Origin: Chitinophaga pinensis | Lineage (GTDB): Bacteria; Bacteroidota; Bacteroidia; SXHM01 | Direction: 5' to 3' | NCBI GenBank assembly: GCA_945870105.1 | Contig: CAMBRL010000001.1 | Location: forward strand, 10,700 to 74,699 | Length of the DNA stretch: 64,000 nt | Shown: positions 62,745 to 64,000 of the stretch, in pieces | How the letters are laid out: every line of letters starts with the position of its first letter | Position numbering within the stretch: position 1 is the stretch's first letter | Made by a program: the position numbers and the translations under genes | The notes under the pieces: generated by a model | What the model saw: the letters and a program-made list of their open reading frames with translations, nothing else | Database searches by the model: none | What the model was told of the DNA's origin: nothing

Positions 62745-64000
62745 ATGACTAATAAGGAAATAGCGGGAATGTTTAAGCTGGCAGGAAAGTTGACTGAGCT
62801 ACATGACGGCAATGAGTTTAAGGTAAAGTCTTTTATGGGAAATGCCTTTAAAATTGAGCGTTTGCCGTTGCCGTTGGAAAATATGAGCGCGGAAGAAATT
62901 TCGAAAATTGAAGGCATCGGAAAAGGAACAGTTGCAAAAATCAATGAGATAATTACTTCCGGAACTCTAAAAGATCTTGACGAATTAGTTGCACAAACTC
63001 CGATTGGCGTTTTAGAAATTCTTTCAGTGAAAGGGCTCGGGCCCAAAAAAGCACGCACTATTTGGAAAGAACTTGAAGTAGAATCTGTTGGTGAATTGCT
63101 TTATGCCTGTCATGAAAACCGTTTAATAACACTGAAAGGTTTTGGCGAAAAAACACAGGAAGAAGTCATAAAAAGTATTGAGTTTATTCAGGCAAATTCT
63201 TCTAAATTTCTGTATGCGAAATTAGAACCTGTCGCGCTGCAATTGTTGGAAATAATAGAGAAGTCAGGAATTCTGCAGCAAGTTTCTTTGACTGGTGAAA
63301 TCAGAAGAAGGAATACAGAACTAGAAAAAATTGAATTTGTAGCAGCGGTTTCAGACAAAGATACGTTGTTGAGTTTGCTTGAGCCTTTGAAACAAAAGGA
63401 ATCTATATTTTCAATTTCCGAAGAAAGCATTTCTTTTAAACTGACTAATTCAATTCCTGTTGAAATTTTTACATGCAGCAATTCTGATTTCTACTCTACT
63501 TTATTTAAAACCACTTCAACTCCTGAACATATTGAATTGCTTGGCAATCCTGAACTAAGTTCTGTTTCTTCCGAAGAAGAAATTTATAAAAATGCACGTT
63601 GGAATTTTATTATTCCCGAATTGCGTGAAGGGAAATTTGAAAAACAATTAAATGAACAAAACAAGCTAAACGATATTGTTCAACTCAACGACTTGCGTGG
63701 AGTTTTGCATAACCACACCACATACAGTGATGGAGTAAATACGCTGGAACAAATGGCGCATTACTGCAAAAAATTGGGTTATGAATATCTGGGAATCAGT
63801 GATCATTCTCAGTATGCCGTTTATGCAAAAGGTCTAAAGCCTGAACAGATAATTGAACAGCACAAAGAGATTGACGAGATTAATGAGGAACTTAAACCAT
63901 TTAAAATCTTCAAAAGTATTGAGGCTGATATTTTACCTGACGGTTCATTGGACTATAATGATGAAATTCTTTCTTCCTTTGATTTTGTTGTGGCTTCTAT
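62745..64000 (+). CDS. polX: DNA polymerase/3'-5' exonuclease PolX (family X polymerase + PHP domain); 3' end beyond window
   Basis: It is absent from the ORF track because there is no stop within the window. Translation from ATG 62745 gives MTNKEIAGMFKLAGKLTELHDGNEFKVKSF.., HhH motifs (IEGIGKGTVAKI, VKGLGPKKA, LKGFGEKT) and the PHP start LRGVLHNHTTYSDG..LGISDHS. Confidence 0.85.
   Translation, partial: MTNKEIAGMFKLAGKLTELHDGNEFKVKSFMGNAFKIERLPLPLENMSAEEISKIEGIGKGTVAKINEIITSGTLKDLDELVAQTPIGVLEILSVKGLGPKKARTIWKELEVESVGELLYACHENRLITLKGFGEKTQEEVIKSIEFIQANSSKFLYAKLEPVALQLLEIIEKSGILQQVSLTGEIRRRNTELEKIEFVAAVSDKDTLLSLLEPLKQKESIFSISEESISFKLTNSIPVEIFTCSNSDFYSTLFKTTSTPEHIELLGNPELSSVSSEEEIYKNARWNFIIPELREGKFEKQLNEQNKLNDIVQLNDLRGVLHNHTTYSDGVNTLEQMAHYCKKLGYEYLGISDHSQYAVYAKGLKPEQIIEQHKEIDEINEELKPFKIFKSIEADILPDGSLDYNDEILSSFDFVVAS

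Noticed and set aside
62735-63481. ORFs 62735..63058(-) and 63188..63481(-).
   Set aside because: They are antisense to a long open frame with clear PolX HhH and PHP motifs that starts at 62745 and runs off the window. These are shadow ORFs.

Overview
This is a 64-kb chromosomal window from a Bacteroidota genome. The evidence for that phylum is the T9SS/gliding genes gldB-gldC, type A and type B T9SS C-terminal sorting domains, TAnnTTTG -7 promoter boxes and the Bacteroidota-style dcw gene order. GC is roughly 40% by eye. The content is mostly core housekeeping. There is a complete division/cell-wall (dcw) cluster on the minus strand (mraZ-rsmH-ftsL-ftsI-murE-mraY-murD-[extra murD_C]-ftsW-murG-murC-ftsQ-ftsA-ftsZ, about 25.4-41.8 kb). 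Other genes include pdhA/glyQS/pdhB, rnhB, kynU, hemL, pyrR-pyrB, korAB, nifU-like, mrp/apbC, engB, rnz, a PolX gene running off the right edge, and several T9SS-sorted surface proteins. I found no rRNA, tRNA, CRISPR, transposase, integrase or phage genes. The observations most worth a second look are listed here. (1) A stand-alone paralog of the MurD C-terminal domain sits between murD and ftsW. (2) An A10 homopolymer frameshift removes the conserved MraY C-terminus and fuses mraY in-frame to murD as sequenced. (3) Three intergenic arrays of degenerate tandem repeats all have a 21-nt period. (4) A dispersed palindromic (REP/MITE-like) element family occurs four times. (5) A 63-nt perfect palindrome covers the korB stop codon. 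(6) MraZ-box-like GTGNN repeats with 10-nt phasing lie upstream of mraZ. All family assignments come from motif recognition by eye and memory; no database search was run.
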